In this document: piece by piece, positions 1 through 12,821 of the stretch
Numbering within the stretch: the stretch's first letter is position 1
Layout: each line of letters starts with the position of its first letter
NCBI GenBank assembly: GCA_029717555.1
Contig: JAMDHS010000042.1
Location: forward strand, 62,001-126,000
Source of the DNA: Peribolospora baueri
Taxonomy: Eukaryota
Direction: 5' to 3'
DNA length: 64,000 nt
Program-made: the position numbers and the translations under genes
The notes under the pieces: model-generated
The model's database searches: none
Told to the model about the DNA's origin: nothing
The model's input: the letters and a program-made list of their open reading frames with translations, nothing else

Positions 1-51
1 GCGTTGTGTGCGCATCCTTAACGCTGACCGTCTTCTTCTATGTGCAAATAG

Positions 52-479
52 CCATGTATACTCCCCCCGCCGACGGCGCCTCTACATCAATGTTAAGCTC
101 AACTGCAGCACGGGCGCAACCTTCCGCGGACGCGGGTGTTCCCTTGCCCACCCCACTCGTCCGACGAGACTCGACCTGCCCACCTTCTGCGGATCTCGAA
201 GCAGCACAGGTGGCGGGGGCGCAGGAGGAGCAAGAGGAAGCGGACGAACAGGCAAGGCATGGAGGCGGGGTGGGTATGGGGCCACCTGCGATGGACCCCT
301 CTTCCACTACCGGTCTCAGTCCGGGTCTGGGATCGATGACGGAGTCTACACCGGCGCCGGAGTCAGCGCCAGTGTCTGCGCTTCCGCCTTGGTCGAGAGT
401 CCCTAACGAAGGGCAGGCGCCGACGAGTCCAGACGACGCACCGCCCGGGTACGAAGAGGCGACTCGGGGATCGTCCTGA
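52..479 (+). CDS. 3' terminal exon of an upstream gene; low-complexity tail with a PPxY motif (possible Rsp5/Nedd4 ligand, e.g. arrestin-like)
   Basis: Branch GCTGAC, pyrimidine tract and TAG acceptor ending at 51; open frame to TGA 479; ends DDAPPGYEEATRGSS. Confidence 0.6.
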
Positions 480-1487
480 GGCGCCGCGATCTGAAAGGGC
501 TCGAGTCTGCGAAGACCTCGTCCTTCCCGTCAACAGATCTCGCTCACCGACCCCGTGCGCATGCGTAGATATACCCTGTCCCCCTTCCAGTTCCTTTCTT
601 CACCGTTCGTCTTCTGTCGTCCTTGTACTTCCGCACTTGTACCCTCCGTGTGCGCTGTCCTCCATGCAATGTCTACTCGTGTTGCACACCCGAAGTGTGG
701 ACACAATCCATCCGGTCCTTGTGTTGTAAGGCTGGTGCGGGGTTGCTCGGTAGACCTGAAAGCTGGCGTAGGGTCCTCGGTCGGCCGAATTATTAGCCGG
801 CTGCAAACGTACGTACATTGCCGAGCACGCACGTCGTCCGTCCACATCCGCTCCCCGTTCTCTTGTTTATGTAAACTCAGGTCCCTGTTTCCATCCGCCC
901 CACCACCCTCCCTTCCATCCCTCCGTTCCTCATCTTCTCCGGCCTCCTCGCTCTCACCTCTCCAGTGCTTGCGTGGCGTGCGGCTCCAGACGATCGCAAT
1001 CGGTCGTCGACGGGGTGGAGGGATTAGTGCTTCGTGCCCTCCGCGAGCCTGTGCGTACGTGTCTTGGACGTCCCTGATCGCCTCTCCATCTTCCTCGCCT
1101 CGCGTCGCGCGACCTTTGGACGATACCAGCCCACCATTGGCGACGCCGCCACGACTACGGCAGAACAAGAGCGTCTTACTTACGCTTCGGCGATCACCAC
1201 CACCGGGCACGACACAACCGGGACACACCCTACTGCAGTGGCCGTCGCCATCAGATCGCCGCTCCCGCAAGTGCATCCGCCCCACCTGGTCGGCAGCAGT
1301 CCTCCGCTCCACGATCACGACCTTGGCTACACTTCACCCTCCCTCCGACAAGGCATATTGGCCTCCCCTCCTATGGTTTCAGGAGCTATCGCTAACTACG
1401 ATCCCACCCACCTCGCACCCCTTCACCTCCTCCACGCCGGCGCGAGGCTCCCCATCAGCCCATCCCGCTCACGACGGCTCTGCAACC

Positions 1488-4400
1488 ATGTCGGCCGCGC
1501 CATCGGCTGTCCCCAGGCGGGGAAGCCGCGCTCCTTTGGTCTCTGACACCGGTTCACCAGGGTGCGCAAAAGGCAAAGAGGAGCCGGTGGAAGTGAATAT
1601 GGGCGAGGATGCGGCGGGGCGAGAGAGACGAGTCAGCGAGAAGGGCGGAGGGCGGGGAAGGCTTGGGTCTTCGGAAGGGCGGAGTGGGGAGCGGGGGAAG
1701 GAGAAAGAAGAGCAGCATGTGGGTATGGCCGACGGCGTGGCGAAGAAGAACGACCCCGAGGCTGCTAATGGGAGCGGAGCGGATGGGACGGATGGGACAC
1801 AGAAGAGGCCGAAGAAGAGGAGGTGAGTTGGCGTTCACGCGGTTCTACTACGTCCAGACGGCAGGGGGAGACACTTTGGAGCTGAGATGGGAGGCGTCCG
1901 GAGCTGGAAACTCCGTGACTGGCAGAACGGGGCCAAGGTTGAGTTAGTAGCTGTCGCGGGGAACACCTTGACTGATGTGACCCTCTCTGTATTTCCTCTC
2001 TTGTTCCCTTCAGACGAGTGGTAGTCGCTTGGTGAGCTGACCCGAGGAGCTCCATCGTTTAATCCACCATGGCAACCGTTTCCAATCGAGCTGACCGAGA
2101 CGGCCTCTCTTTGTTTTATCCTTGCTTTAGCGACACCTGTCGGCGCAAGTGAGCATCGCTCGCGTTTCACCTACAGATCGACGGCGCTGACCATTCTCCT
2201 TTCCCACCACAGGAAAGTCAAATGCGAAGGTCTGCCGAACCCCTCCAATCGGTGCAATAATTGCGCGGCGTACCAGTACAGGTGTACCTTTACTACCGAG
2301 TACGACCGTTCGCGAGGGTGAGTGCTGGCTGCAGCGGTGCAAGATCACTGCGACCTCTGCCAAAGTTGAACTCATTGGAGAAAGACATGGCTGAGAGCCC
2401 GATATTATTGTGTTTGTCACAGGAAATTCGAGATACTGGAGTCCAAAGTAGAGACGCTCCTCGTTTTACTTCGAAGCGTCGCTCCCGATCTTGCCGGTCA
2501 GTTCGAGTCTGGCCAACTGATCAGCATGCCTGGCGCCTCGCCTTCGGGACTTCAAAGCCCCGGTGGAATAGAATGCAAAGGTTCTCGAGGAGGAGATGAC
2601 GCTTTGTCGCCTCATGCCCCTGGCACTCCCAAAGGTAAAGACCGGGCGACGGACGCCGGCGGGTCAGATCTTCACCAGGAGGATCAGGCACTTCTCCCTG
2701 ATCGCGACAACGGCGCGCTACGTTTCTATGGCCACTCTTGCAGCCTGTCCGGTCTAATCAATTCGTTGGGTCCGGGAGCACGGATCGACGAGGAGACTCA
2801 CAGCCTTCCCGGTGGGGTCACTCCGCGAGGAGGCAGCATATCCGCTCCAACTCCTGGCGGGACGATCCGCCATCGCGCCCCGAACGGCGGCGAGTGGCTC
2901 CCGGAGGATGAAAACGAGTGGATCCGGCTCCTGCGGAACAAGAACCTCGTCGCAATAGGTCGGGACGAGACGCCGGAACCGGGTCGACAGCACCCTCCTG
3001 TGCCCGTCCATCCCCTTCCCCCGCCAGACCTCCTCAAGCACCTCTTCGACCTCTATTTCGAGATCTTGCATCCACTCATGCCGATTGTGCATCGACTGAG
3101 CATAGAAGAGGATTTGAGGAAAGGGAGGGCGGATACGGATGGACAGTTCAGAGGACTCGTATTCACCATCCTCGCCCTGGCTAGCCGCTTTTCCAACGGT
3201 GGGTAGTCGAACTTGTCATCGCGCGCGCTTTCTGTGGTTGAAATTCGGCTGAGCGATCTCTCCAATTCTGATGTCTGTTTGCGCTGGAATTCCAGACCAT
3301 CGCGTCCTCGCCGATCCTCTTAATCCAACCTCAGCAGGGGATCAATATGCGGCCGCCTCGCGACATTATCATGAAGTCTTCTCTGCCTCGCTCATCAATG
3401 TCCAGGTGCTCGTGCTCACCTCCACCTTCATGCACGGCAGTTTGGGCCCCGGAACGGCCTGGACGGTCCTCGGCGTGGCGATCAGGGCGCTGCAGGACAT
3501 TGGACTGCATTTGGAAAGGGCTTATAGGGGCTTCAGTCGTAAGTGCGACGTGACCGATTGATCGCTTTTGTTTGGACGCTCTTGACGCGATATTGTACGT
3601 TGCCTGCTGTATGACAGCGTTCGAACAGGAGATGAGACGCCGGACGTTCTGGGGTGCCTACATCCTCGACAGGTGCGTCTTTTCTTCCTCATCTGCCGAA
3701 ATGGACCTGACTTCCTCTGACCTTCCAACACCCCGCGTCGAACAAACGCGATTCCCGCTTTCCTTCTCACAGTATCTTCGCCGCCAATCTTGGTCGTCCC
3801 ACTGCCCTCCGTCTCTCCGACAGCGACGTCCGTCTTCCACTTCCTGTTCCCGACGAGGCTCTCCTCCAAAATCCGATCCCCGTCGAGGCGGAGCCGAGCA
3901 AGCCCAACGTCATGCAGGGCTGGATTCAGTTGATCAAACTCAACATGATCGTTGAGGATGTGGGTGTAACGCTTAGTAGTTGCAGACGCAGCCGAGTTGT
4001 CGGGCTAAATTTGTTCCAACATCTTCTCTTGCATTTCCCAACCCGCCTCGAATAGGTCGTCCTGTCTCTCTACGACCCTCGTTTCCGCCTCTCGTCCTCT
4101 GGCGTCCGAGACGGCGATTCCAACGCGTGTACGGGCAAGTCACAGCCGGCCCCGGGCCCGAAGTACCAGGACATGGTGCGCCTCAACCGACAGTTGGACG
4201 CCTGGAACGAACAGATACCCAAGCACCTCGCCACGGGTATGTATCAGATGCAGGGAGGTATTTTGAGATGCGGGTACAATGATGGTGAGTAGAGCTGTGC
4301 TCGGCGCGAGGATGCACCTCATTCTGGTCATGTTGTGCATAAGACGTTTCGCGCTGACGCCGTATCGCCTTTTTCATTTGATCTCCTTCCCATTGGCTTC

Positions 4401-5880
4401 CAGTCAAGGCGAGTCATTTTAAATTTGATCGCAACTCAAAATGACGGCATCAGCTCACGTTTTGTTCATCATTCTTCTCCGCTTCCAGCTCTATATCCAC
4501 AAGCCGTTCCTGCACTCATCGCCCACGCTTCGCAAGATCCTGCTTCCCTTCTGCAGCCACCACGCACGGCAGTGCCTGTCTGTTGTCATAGAGCTCCACA
4601 ATGCCGGGTTGCTCTCCAATGTCTTCTTTCTGTTCATGCAGGCGTTCATGAGCACGGCCACATTCATGGTGGGTGCAGGGGTAGCCGAGCATATCCTGGG
4701 GGGGTAGTTTCACTGAGATTCTTATCTCGTATTTACCTCCGCGGCGCAGATCACAGTGTGGCATGATCAGGCAGCGGGAGAAGACCTCTCCTCAGACATC
4801 GATCTCATCCATGCTGCTCTGCGCGTCTTCGGCGACCTCGACGACCGCTTCTTCTCTCGCGTCGTTCGCAAGGGATACCAGATCCTACAAGCCATCGCAG
4901 CTCGCACTCTGCCGCCTTTGAACGGACCCACCGCTCGCACGCCGGGAGGGCGGACCCCAGTCGGGGATATTGTCAACGGTCAGAACGCGCTCCCGTCGAC
5001 ACCCACCTCAACTGGGATCGCCGACGGTGCGGGGAATGTGAACGCGAACAGGAGCGTCAACGCGGGCCATGACCCACCTTTCTCATGCGCTCCACCATCG
5101 CCTCTGGCTGCTGCCTTCCCCTCGTCAAGTTCTGCTGCGCCCACGCACATCCCCTCGTTGTCTATGCGAAGTCAGTTGCACATGACGCCAGCCTCGACGT
5201 CTCCGATGGGCATTCCCGCTACATCGACTCCTGCCTGTCACCCCTTAGGCGGCCATTTCGACCACGACGTCTCAGGCGGTGGAGGGGGGGGAGCTGCTGG
5301 TCAGCTGTCGAGTGGCCTTGACACGTCCCAGCACGGGACCTTTACGTCGATCCCTGCGCCTGCACGTTCTCCTTTTTTACCAGGCGCTATGCCGGCAGCG
5401 AGCGCTCCGGGAGGGATGGGCCCGCCCCGTCGGCCATCGTCAGTGTCTGCTGGTACGGGACGGGGTTTGATCGGTCCTGCCCCATCCTCACAGCAGCGTC
5501 ATGGCTTGCTCAGAACGCCGTCAAACTCGTCTGCGACAGCGACGGTGGGGGCGACCAACGCAAGGGCGATGAACATAGAGGACGCTTTCAAGGGGTTTCA
5601 GATTCCCGACTTCCCGGACTCGTCGGAAGTGTTCGACGTGCCTAACGCTTTCGAGGATCTGAGCTGGCAGGACGTGAGTGCATGCGCAGCCTACCAGAGC
5701 GTAGTAGTCGAACTGTCTGTAGATCATTCGCTCACTGTTCGCCGTCCTTCCATCTCCTTACACACTTCTGCCGGCTCATTCGCATGGCGCCCCGAATAGT
5801 ACTTCGTTCGTTTCTTGTCCGACACAGGACCAGGACCAGGTCAACCCATTCTGCACACTGGGCACTCGCCCTCTGAGTAA
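1488..5880 (+). CDS. Zn(II)2Cys6 transcription factor with fungal TF middle homology domain, 13 exons
   Basis: Spliced model gives RRVVVACDTCRRKKVKCEGLPNPSNRCNNCAAYQYRC; MHD motifs YFEILHPLMPIVH, QEMRRRTFWGAYILD, NLGRP, KLYIHKPF; intron donors at 1823, 2032, 2149, 2318, 3199, 3539, 3673, 3960, 4285, 4409 (GC), 4669, 5674. Confidence 0.9.
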
Positions 5881-6423
5881 TTAACGGTTGGAAGTGTCGG
5901 GCATTTCTGTGCTTATTCGTCTTCACTCCGCTATTTGCATTACCATCATGTTCGTCCATAACCTGTCTGTTTATCCTGTTTGCTGTGTCCTGATCGTATC
6001 CGCGCAAGAAGTCTCCAGCGTCGATGACAAGTTAATAACGGCGCCCGCGAGCACAGCGGTAGCTTGTTGACCACCCCGTTCGCCGGTTCGCCCTGAGCGT
6101 GTCTCTTCGGTTGTGCGAAGGTGAGGGTGAAAGAGACCTCGTATCGCGAAGCGAAAGGAAACAGGAACACGAGTTCCAAAGCGAGACCGTACACCAGGGC
6201 CGTCAGTGCTTCAGCGAGACTCGAGCAGCTCATCGTCACTAGATGATGATGGCTCGTGCAAGGACCGGGATGCTGGTTAGTGTTCACGCGTCACCCAGAT
6301 TTGCTGCGGTACGTGACGCTGCTCGGGGTCTTCCGTAGAAGAGTCCGCCTCGGACGGTATGGATATGACCTCCTTTGCCAAGGTCGCCTTGCACGAGGGA
6401 CAACAGATAGTCGTCGCAGCAAA

Positions 6424-7841
6424 ATGGGAGGCTACGCGCGCCCGCTTCTATGGAAAACCGTGCGGACGCTAGCATGGGTGCCCGTGTTCATGTTTGCGAC
6501 GCAACACGGGTATAGTGTCGCTACCATTACTGGTCCGAGTATGATGGTGAGCGGGTGCCGATCCATCTCGGGCCTGCTCAATGTTAGCTTTTCGATCCTA
6601 GCTCGTCTGTAAACTGACGATTTCCTCATCCTTATCTTTGCCGCCCCAAAGCCCACGTTCAACCCGGATTACGATGCACCCACGGGCTCGCCCATGTTCC
6701 GATCGGACGTCGTGCTTCTCAACCGGTGGGCGACCGCGTTGGGCAAATATAAGGTCGGGGATGTGGTGACGCTGTGGTGAGTTGGCCTTGCCACGCCTTT
6801 GGCGAGGTTGGAATTGACCCCGTTCTTTTTGCCTGGCTCATGTTTGCCCTCCTTTCCCATGCCTGGTCCGGTCACGACTACCCGATCCACAGGTCGCCTA
6901 GCCAACCGAACCGACTCATCACGAAACGAATCTTGGCTCTCGAAGGCGACATCATTCGCGTACCACCCTCCCATCCCATTTACCATGCCACCCCTCCTGA
7001 TGCTCCTGGTCCCTCCTTTCCCTCCTCTTCATCATATCTCACCCCCGGCCCAAGATCCCTCGCAGCCCTCGCGGAGGCGTGGGGTAGGGACAGGGAGAGC
7101 GGGAGCGAGGCGAAATGGGTGCGAGTGCCGAAGGGTCACGCGTGGGTGGAGGGGGACGGGGACAGGCACCGGAGTAGAGACTCGAGGGAGTTTGGACCGG
7201 TGAGTCGACCGACCCGTGTGTGCTTGTCGGCGCGTCCGTACGCCTCTTCTGAACGTGCCCTCCGTTTCGCCGACCGTCCCTTTTTGTTTTGTAACTCTGT
7301 CACACCCATCCGATCGTGCTGCGTCACCTGCCTGCCTCACCATCCGCCATGCACCGTCGTCCAGGTGCCCCTCGGACTCATCTCTGCCCGAATAGACGCA
7401 ATTGTTTGGCCTCCCTCCCGCTTCACCTTCTCCGTCCCACGCCACACACGAACTTCTTCATCGCGGCATGAGCAGCCCAGTTCGACCCTCTCGGCCGCTG
7501 ATCTGTTCTCCCGACCCTCGTCCTCCTTGTCGCCGTCGTCACCGTTATCGACTTATCCGACGAGTCCAGAAAACCCGGAGGGGATGCGGAGGCGGAGAGA
7601 CCTTCCGACGGAGCGTTGTGGGAGCGGTGACGACGATGACGTGAGCGAGGAAGAGGCGTTCCGGAAGAGGTGGCTCTTCCGCACGCAACGAGACGTGCGC
7701 GACGGACGAGACAACGTTGCGACTCCGCCTCCAGGTGGTGGCTGGGCAGACGACGAGGAAGAAGAGGAGGATCGAGGCGGGGTGAGGTGGGACGTGCCGA
7801 TCGAGGATAGGAGGGATAGTCGTCGGGGAGGTCTGCGATAG
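6424..7841 (+). CDS. IMP2: Mitochondrial inner membrane peptidase subunit (S26 family, Imp2-like), 4 exons
   Basis: ITGPSMMPTFNP (catalytic Ser), GDVVTLWSP..LITKRILALEGD (catalytic Lys), VPKGHAWVEGD, SRDSREFGPVPLGLI; introns 6547-6651, 6777-6892, 7200-7364. Confidence 0.88.
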
Positions 7842-8431
7842 CGCTATCCTTCCAGTGTCGGCGGGCTTCTGAAGAGTGTTTTCGTTAGTGAACTGCTCAA
7901 CCGTATCTGGTAATCCTCATAGGCTCACGCCGAAAGATGTCGGTCGTTGCCTTGGCGATGGACGGCACCGGAAACTCCACGGTTATAGTCGCACCACTCT
8001 TCCACGCCGCGAAGCGTCCCGTTCGCTATCGGAAGATATGAGCGGGTTTTCCCTATTAATTGTGCTCAATCATGGAAAGAGTAGGCAGCAATGGCAGCAG
8101 AAAGAAGCCGCGATCCCGGGCTGAAAAGAAAAGGGAAGCGTTGCACGTGGTATCATAAAATGATCGACGCGATAGCGAGGGGATGGCAAAGATTTTGGTT
8201 ATCGTGACATGAAGGGAAAGGGCCACAGTGACAATGACAGGGAGGAACGACGCGCGCGAAGGAAGGGCGCGCATAGGATAGCCGCAAACCACTGACTGGT
8301 GCGGCGTCGGGTGGCCGAAGAATAGAGTGGTCACGGCGCGCCGGGCATTCACAACATCCGGTTGAATGAATGGCCATCATTCAAGGCGACGCAGAATCGA
8401 GCAAGCGTGCTGCTGACTCGTCCGAATTGGA

Positions 8432-9708
8432 TCATACGATCGGGCCCCAGACGGTGTTGCTCTCCCTGTGTGCTCGGATTGTGATGAAGATGGTGGAAAA
8501 AAGCTGTAGGGTGATCACGATCCTGTACGTGAGTAGAAAAAAAAAAAAAAAAAAAAGGGGGGGGAATGCCCGGGCGCGGAGGAATGTGAGGTAAGCTTTG
8601 CGCCGAGGACGTGTACTTTCTCTGCTCTGCCAGGGTATAGACACTCACCACATCAGCCAGGCAAAAGCCTCTTCCGCGTTGAGGGTGTTGCTATGCGCAC
8701 AAATGAGGGAGGGTGGGCGATTGCATCAATGCGTCATCGTACCGCACGGAAACCGTGTCACGGGCGAGCGATTACGAAAGGCGTTCTCACCAGACGTTGT
8801 TGCCGCTCGGGCAATCCAAGCCTCCCCGCAGCGCGTCTGTGTAGGGAGATGCGTCAAAGATGCCCGTGAGAAGGGAAATCAATGGGGACACGAATCTGAC
8901 GGAAGGAAAGGTTGTAGGATGTAGGACGCACCCGTGATGGCAGCCGCGCCGGCGGTGATGAATACCCAGCTGTGGGACAGGTAAGGATCGAAAAGAAGCG
9001 GAAGAAGGCGGTGAGAGAGAGGGGGAGAGAGAGGAAAAAAAGAGCGTACGAAACAAGGCGAAACTCTGCGCCTGGCACGCACGTAACGAAGATCCAGATG
9101 GCATGCGACCCAACAGAGGTAGCCCCGTGCCGGATTTTCCTGAAAAACGCAACGAGCTGCAGCGATAAAAATGGGCAAATAGGGGCAAAATTGGGAGAGT
9201 TGATGAATGTGCTCAAAGGCGCATGGGCAGAAGCTGACAGCAGAGAGAAGAGGACGGGATACGTACATAGAGGATGGAGAAGAGGAACGCTGGATAGAGG
9301 GACGACACAGAAAGTGACAGGTGAGGTTGCGGGCGTACAAGCCGTGCCTAGAAAAGGGGTCCGCAGAGAGACACACACAGAGAGAGAGAGAGAGAGAGCA
9401 AGAACTCACTCCACCATGAGACGAACTAGCAGTCGAGAGGGAGAGAAGCAGGTGAGGAGCAGGCAAGGTCAAGCGAGGCGGTGAGCCGTACAGCGAGCGA
9501 CGTCTATCCACGCCTCCAAGGGCCGCCTGGGCCAGACCGTGTCGCCCGATTTACTCACGACTAGGAATCCGGACCTGGAATAGACAGAGCCACCTCCGGG
9601 GAGCACGTCGATGAGATGGGCAGAGATAGCCCCCTCTATGAGGGAGAGGAGGGCGAGGAGGCCAAAAGTGGCGACGTAGCCTCGCAGGATATGCGTCTCG
9701 ATAGCCAT
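8432..9708 (-). CDS. Four-TM MARVEL-like membrane protein, 7 exons
   Basis: Spliced: MAIETHILRGYVATFGLLALLSLIEGAISA...FLVFVSWWTFLFSILYLVAFF...HAIWIFVTWVFITAGAAAITDAL...CNTLNAEEAFAWLMWIVITLQL...; all GT-AG introns; exons of 16 nt (9410-9425) and 23 nt (9267-9289). Confidence 0.8.
8537..8556. repeat. 20-nt homopolymer (poly-T tract of a minus-strand intron)
   Basis: Directly visible. Confidence 0.95.
9365..9398. repeat. (AG)n/(AC)n intronic microsatellite
   Basis: Directly visible. Confidence 0.9.
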
Positions 9709-10154
9709 TGCTTGGGCTGAGCGACGATGCAGAAATTCGATGGTCGGGGACAGAAAGTCGGCTAGGGATCAGGGTCGCCGCGCTGTTCCTCGACGGGGAT
9801 GCGGATGGTGTGAATGAGGATGGCGACGGCGACGGCTACCGGCCGACTCGGTGGCAGGCCGTGTCAGAGACGTGAGTGGACAAAGGGTTAGTTGGAATCG
9901 GCCGCGGGCTGCCAACGCCGGCTACGTCATCCTCGCTGTCCATTCATCACGTAAGCCGCTTGCGCACCTTTCAGACGAACCCATGGCGTGGCCCACAGCT
10001 CGTAGAAACCAGGTGTTTACTGCAGCCATGCTCAGAACCGATGGAGAAGACAGCCTCATGTGACAGCAGACAGACGGACGGACAGACAGACAAGCAGACA
10101 AGCAGACATAAATCATGTTCCCATCATCGTCTATGATTGAGTGACTAGAGTACG

Positions 10155-11972
10155 TCATTCCAGTAGGGCCCTCTTCATGCCCACCCAAGTGGCGAAGCTG
10201 ATGCTCGTCATCGGCACCACCTTCAGGTATCCGATACTCAGTCCGACAAAGAACCCTCTCCAGCCCGCCATGCGGTAGATGCCCTTCACCGTCTCCGCCA
10301 GCCCGAGACTCCTGTCCGGAGCGAGCAGGCCGCCGATCTGCATTCGCCGCCTCACAACCTCGAATGGGTAGGCGGCCGTCTGAGAGAGGGCGCCCGCTAT
10401 CCCTCCCGCGGCGAGATCCAGCGTCGCCTTGCTCAGCTCCGAGTCACCTCGTGAGGGTCTGATCGGCACGTCACTGTTCCCACCACCTCTGACCGGTTCG
10501 AGAGAGGCGTTGTGACCGAAGAACCACCGCAGAGCGGATTTGGCGCGGTCGAAGACGAGAAAGGACGTGCCCGCGTAGGGGATCATACCCAACATGGTAA
10601 CGCTGAAGCCTCGGTAGAACTTGAGCAAGGGGAAGCGATTGAATATGGCTGAGGAAGGAGCCTGCCCCCCAGCCGAAGAAGAGCGTTCGGAGGCCATGCG
10701 TGCAGCCGTCTCGGCCAGAGCCGCTCTTCTTCGGGCATCTCGCGCGAACGGAGCGAGGGTGGAGCCTTCGCTGTAGATCTGTCTGATGATGTTCACGAGC
10801 CCGTTCTTCGTCAAGGCTCGCTTCGTCTCGAACGCGAGTCGGACGCGCACTAGCTCGAGAGGGTAGGTGAGCAAGACAGAGGTGACTCCTGCGTGGGATC
10901 GGGTTCAAATGGCAACGAAACTTGAGACCCTTCTCCAATTCACCAAGACGGGAAGACAGGTATATGAATGAGCGTGTGATGGTATACTTCGACTCACCTG
11001 ATAAAGATCCCGCCAGGAACAATCGCGCCCCACTCTTCGATTCTGGAGTCGGCATGAGGATCTGCACAAGATACATAAATGTTGCAGCGGTGGTCAATTG
11101 CCAAAGTAGCCTCATCCCGAGAGAAGGAAAGTGAGCTGAGAAGGACATGGAGGCTCACGTTGTTAAACTGTTCATATGCCATGAACTTGATGGTCGCATA
11201 AGGGAATATGCGTAGCAGCGTTGCCGAGTGGCCCTGGAGCAAACCACGCAGGCCAGACGTTCGGAAGATCTCGCGGGCCGCAATGAAAACGCCCGTCCAG
11301 GTACCTGAAAAGAGATGGGCAAAGCGACATAAAACGGATAAGTTTGGGAGCACAAAATCGGGATAACGCACATGGCCGCCGAAGACTCGATGGGGCAAGA
11401 ACAGACGAAGACGCTCACCAGCGTACTTCTGGAACTCAGGGTTGCGAGCTTGAAAGAGGATCTTGACGCGGTCGAGCGGGGCGATGACCGTCTTCGCCTG
11501 TTGAAGAGAGGGAGAGAGACGGACGAGAAGAACAGAGGCGGACAAATAAGGACCGAATACCACGCAGGCGGGAAGCCAGAGGCTCTACGAAGTAGATGGG
11601 GCCAAGCATATCAGGAAGAGCAAGCAGAATGGGCCCACGCACCACGCATCCAGCCACGCCTCCAGCGAGTCCACTGCGAACGACATAATCCCAGCTGCTC
11701 TTGTCCTTTCGTGCTCTGTCCCTCGAAGCTCGGAGTCGCTCTCGAATGGAGTGAGGCAAGTAGAGTGCGGGGGAGGAGGGAAGCGTGGATGTGGATGTGG
11801 AGGCGGAGGCAGAGGCGGCGAGAGGGGGTGGAATGGATTGAGACGCCTCGGCTGCTTTCACAGAAGCAGGGAGAACTGCGGATGAGAAGAACGAGGGCGA
11901 AGAGGAAGAGGAAGATGGGAGATAGAACGAGGGCCGCTCGGCGCCAGTGGTGGCGAACGAGGGTGAGATCAT
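10155..11972 (-). CDS. LEU5: Mitochondrial coenzyme A carrier (SLC25A16/42-like), 5 exons
   Basis: Three carrier signatures: [54 protein letters not shown]; start codon less certain. Confidence 0.9.
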
Positions 11973-12821
11973 GTAGACCTCCTCTTTCCGTTCGTTGCTC
12001 TGCGTACGCGGAGGGTGGCGTGATGGGGAGGGGAGCGGAGTGGCCTGGGTGCGCGTGACTGAAGAGAGAAAGTGGTGGCGATGGCGGTGCGAATGAATGG
12101 ATGGGACGATGGGACGATGGGACGATGGGGATGATGGAAGAAGTAAAGAGCAGAGAATTTCAAACGCAAGTTGCGTCTCGATCGGGCCCAGCCGCCGTGC
12201 GCTTCGCGGGGAAGACGGGGACCCAAAACGCCGGTGTCGGCGGAGACATGGTTTCCCCGTCGACCCGTTTTCCTCCTTCTCGCGTGATCACAGCATTTTC
12301 CACCTCCCACACTCAAGCATATCACAAAACTCCAAAGGATTGCTTGACGATTTCTCGAATACATGACTGCTGCAAGCGCCCACAGCGACGGGTTGGAAAG
12401 GGGGTTAAGAAAGAAAGGGAAAAAAGGACAAAGGACCGGCCGAGTAGTGGAGAAAAGATTTCGAGACATGGGACAGGTAATACACGGGCGGTCAGAACGA
12501 AAGAGGAGACCCATTACGGGACTATGCACGGCGGGACGGAGGGTGGGGACAGACAAGCTGTCGGAGGAGGATTCGGGAAACTGCAGAAATATGCGAGAGA
12601 TTGAGGATACGAGGGCGAGCACGAGGGCCGATAAGCTAGATGAGATGGAGGAAGTGATGGCCGACCGGGAGTCACGCGAGCGAATGCTGTAGGAAATATA
12701 TGCTAGACGTATGTCAACCAGCCCAAAAAGCCATCGCCGGCGGGAGGCAAAAGAAAATTAAATGAAGACGGCAACGGGAGACGAGACGAGGCAGCGGAGC
12801 GTCACCTCGTCCGATTTGACC

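Noticed and set aside
2497..2513. Perfect tRNA T-arm-like hairpin GTCAG-TTCGAGT-CTGGC
   Set aside because: Lies inside a TF coding exon; no D-arm, anticodon arm or acceptor stem
6195..6255. Possible box C/D snoRNA motifs (TGATGA/CTGA)
   Set aside because: Boxes imperfect, and no terminal stem or recognisable rRNA guide
11969..12692. ORFs between LEU5 and RAD6
   Set aside because: Low-complexity UTR/promoter sequence with no motifs
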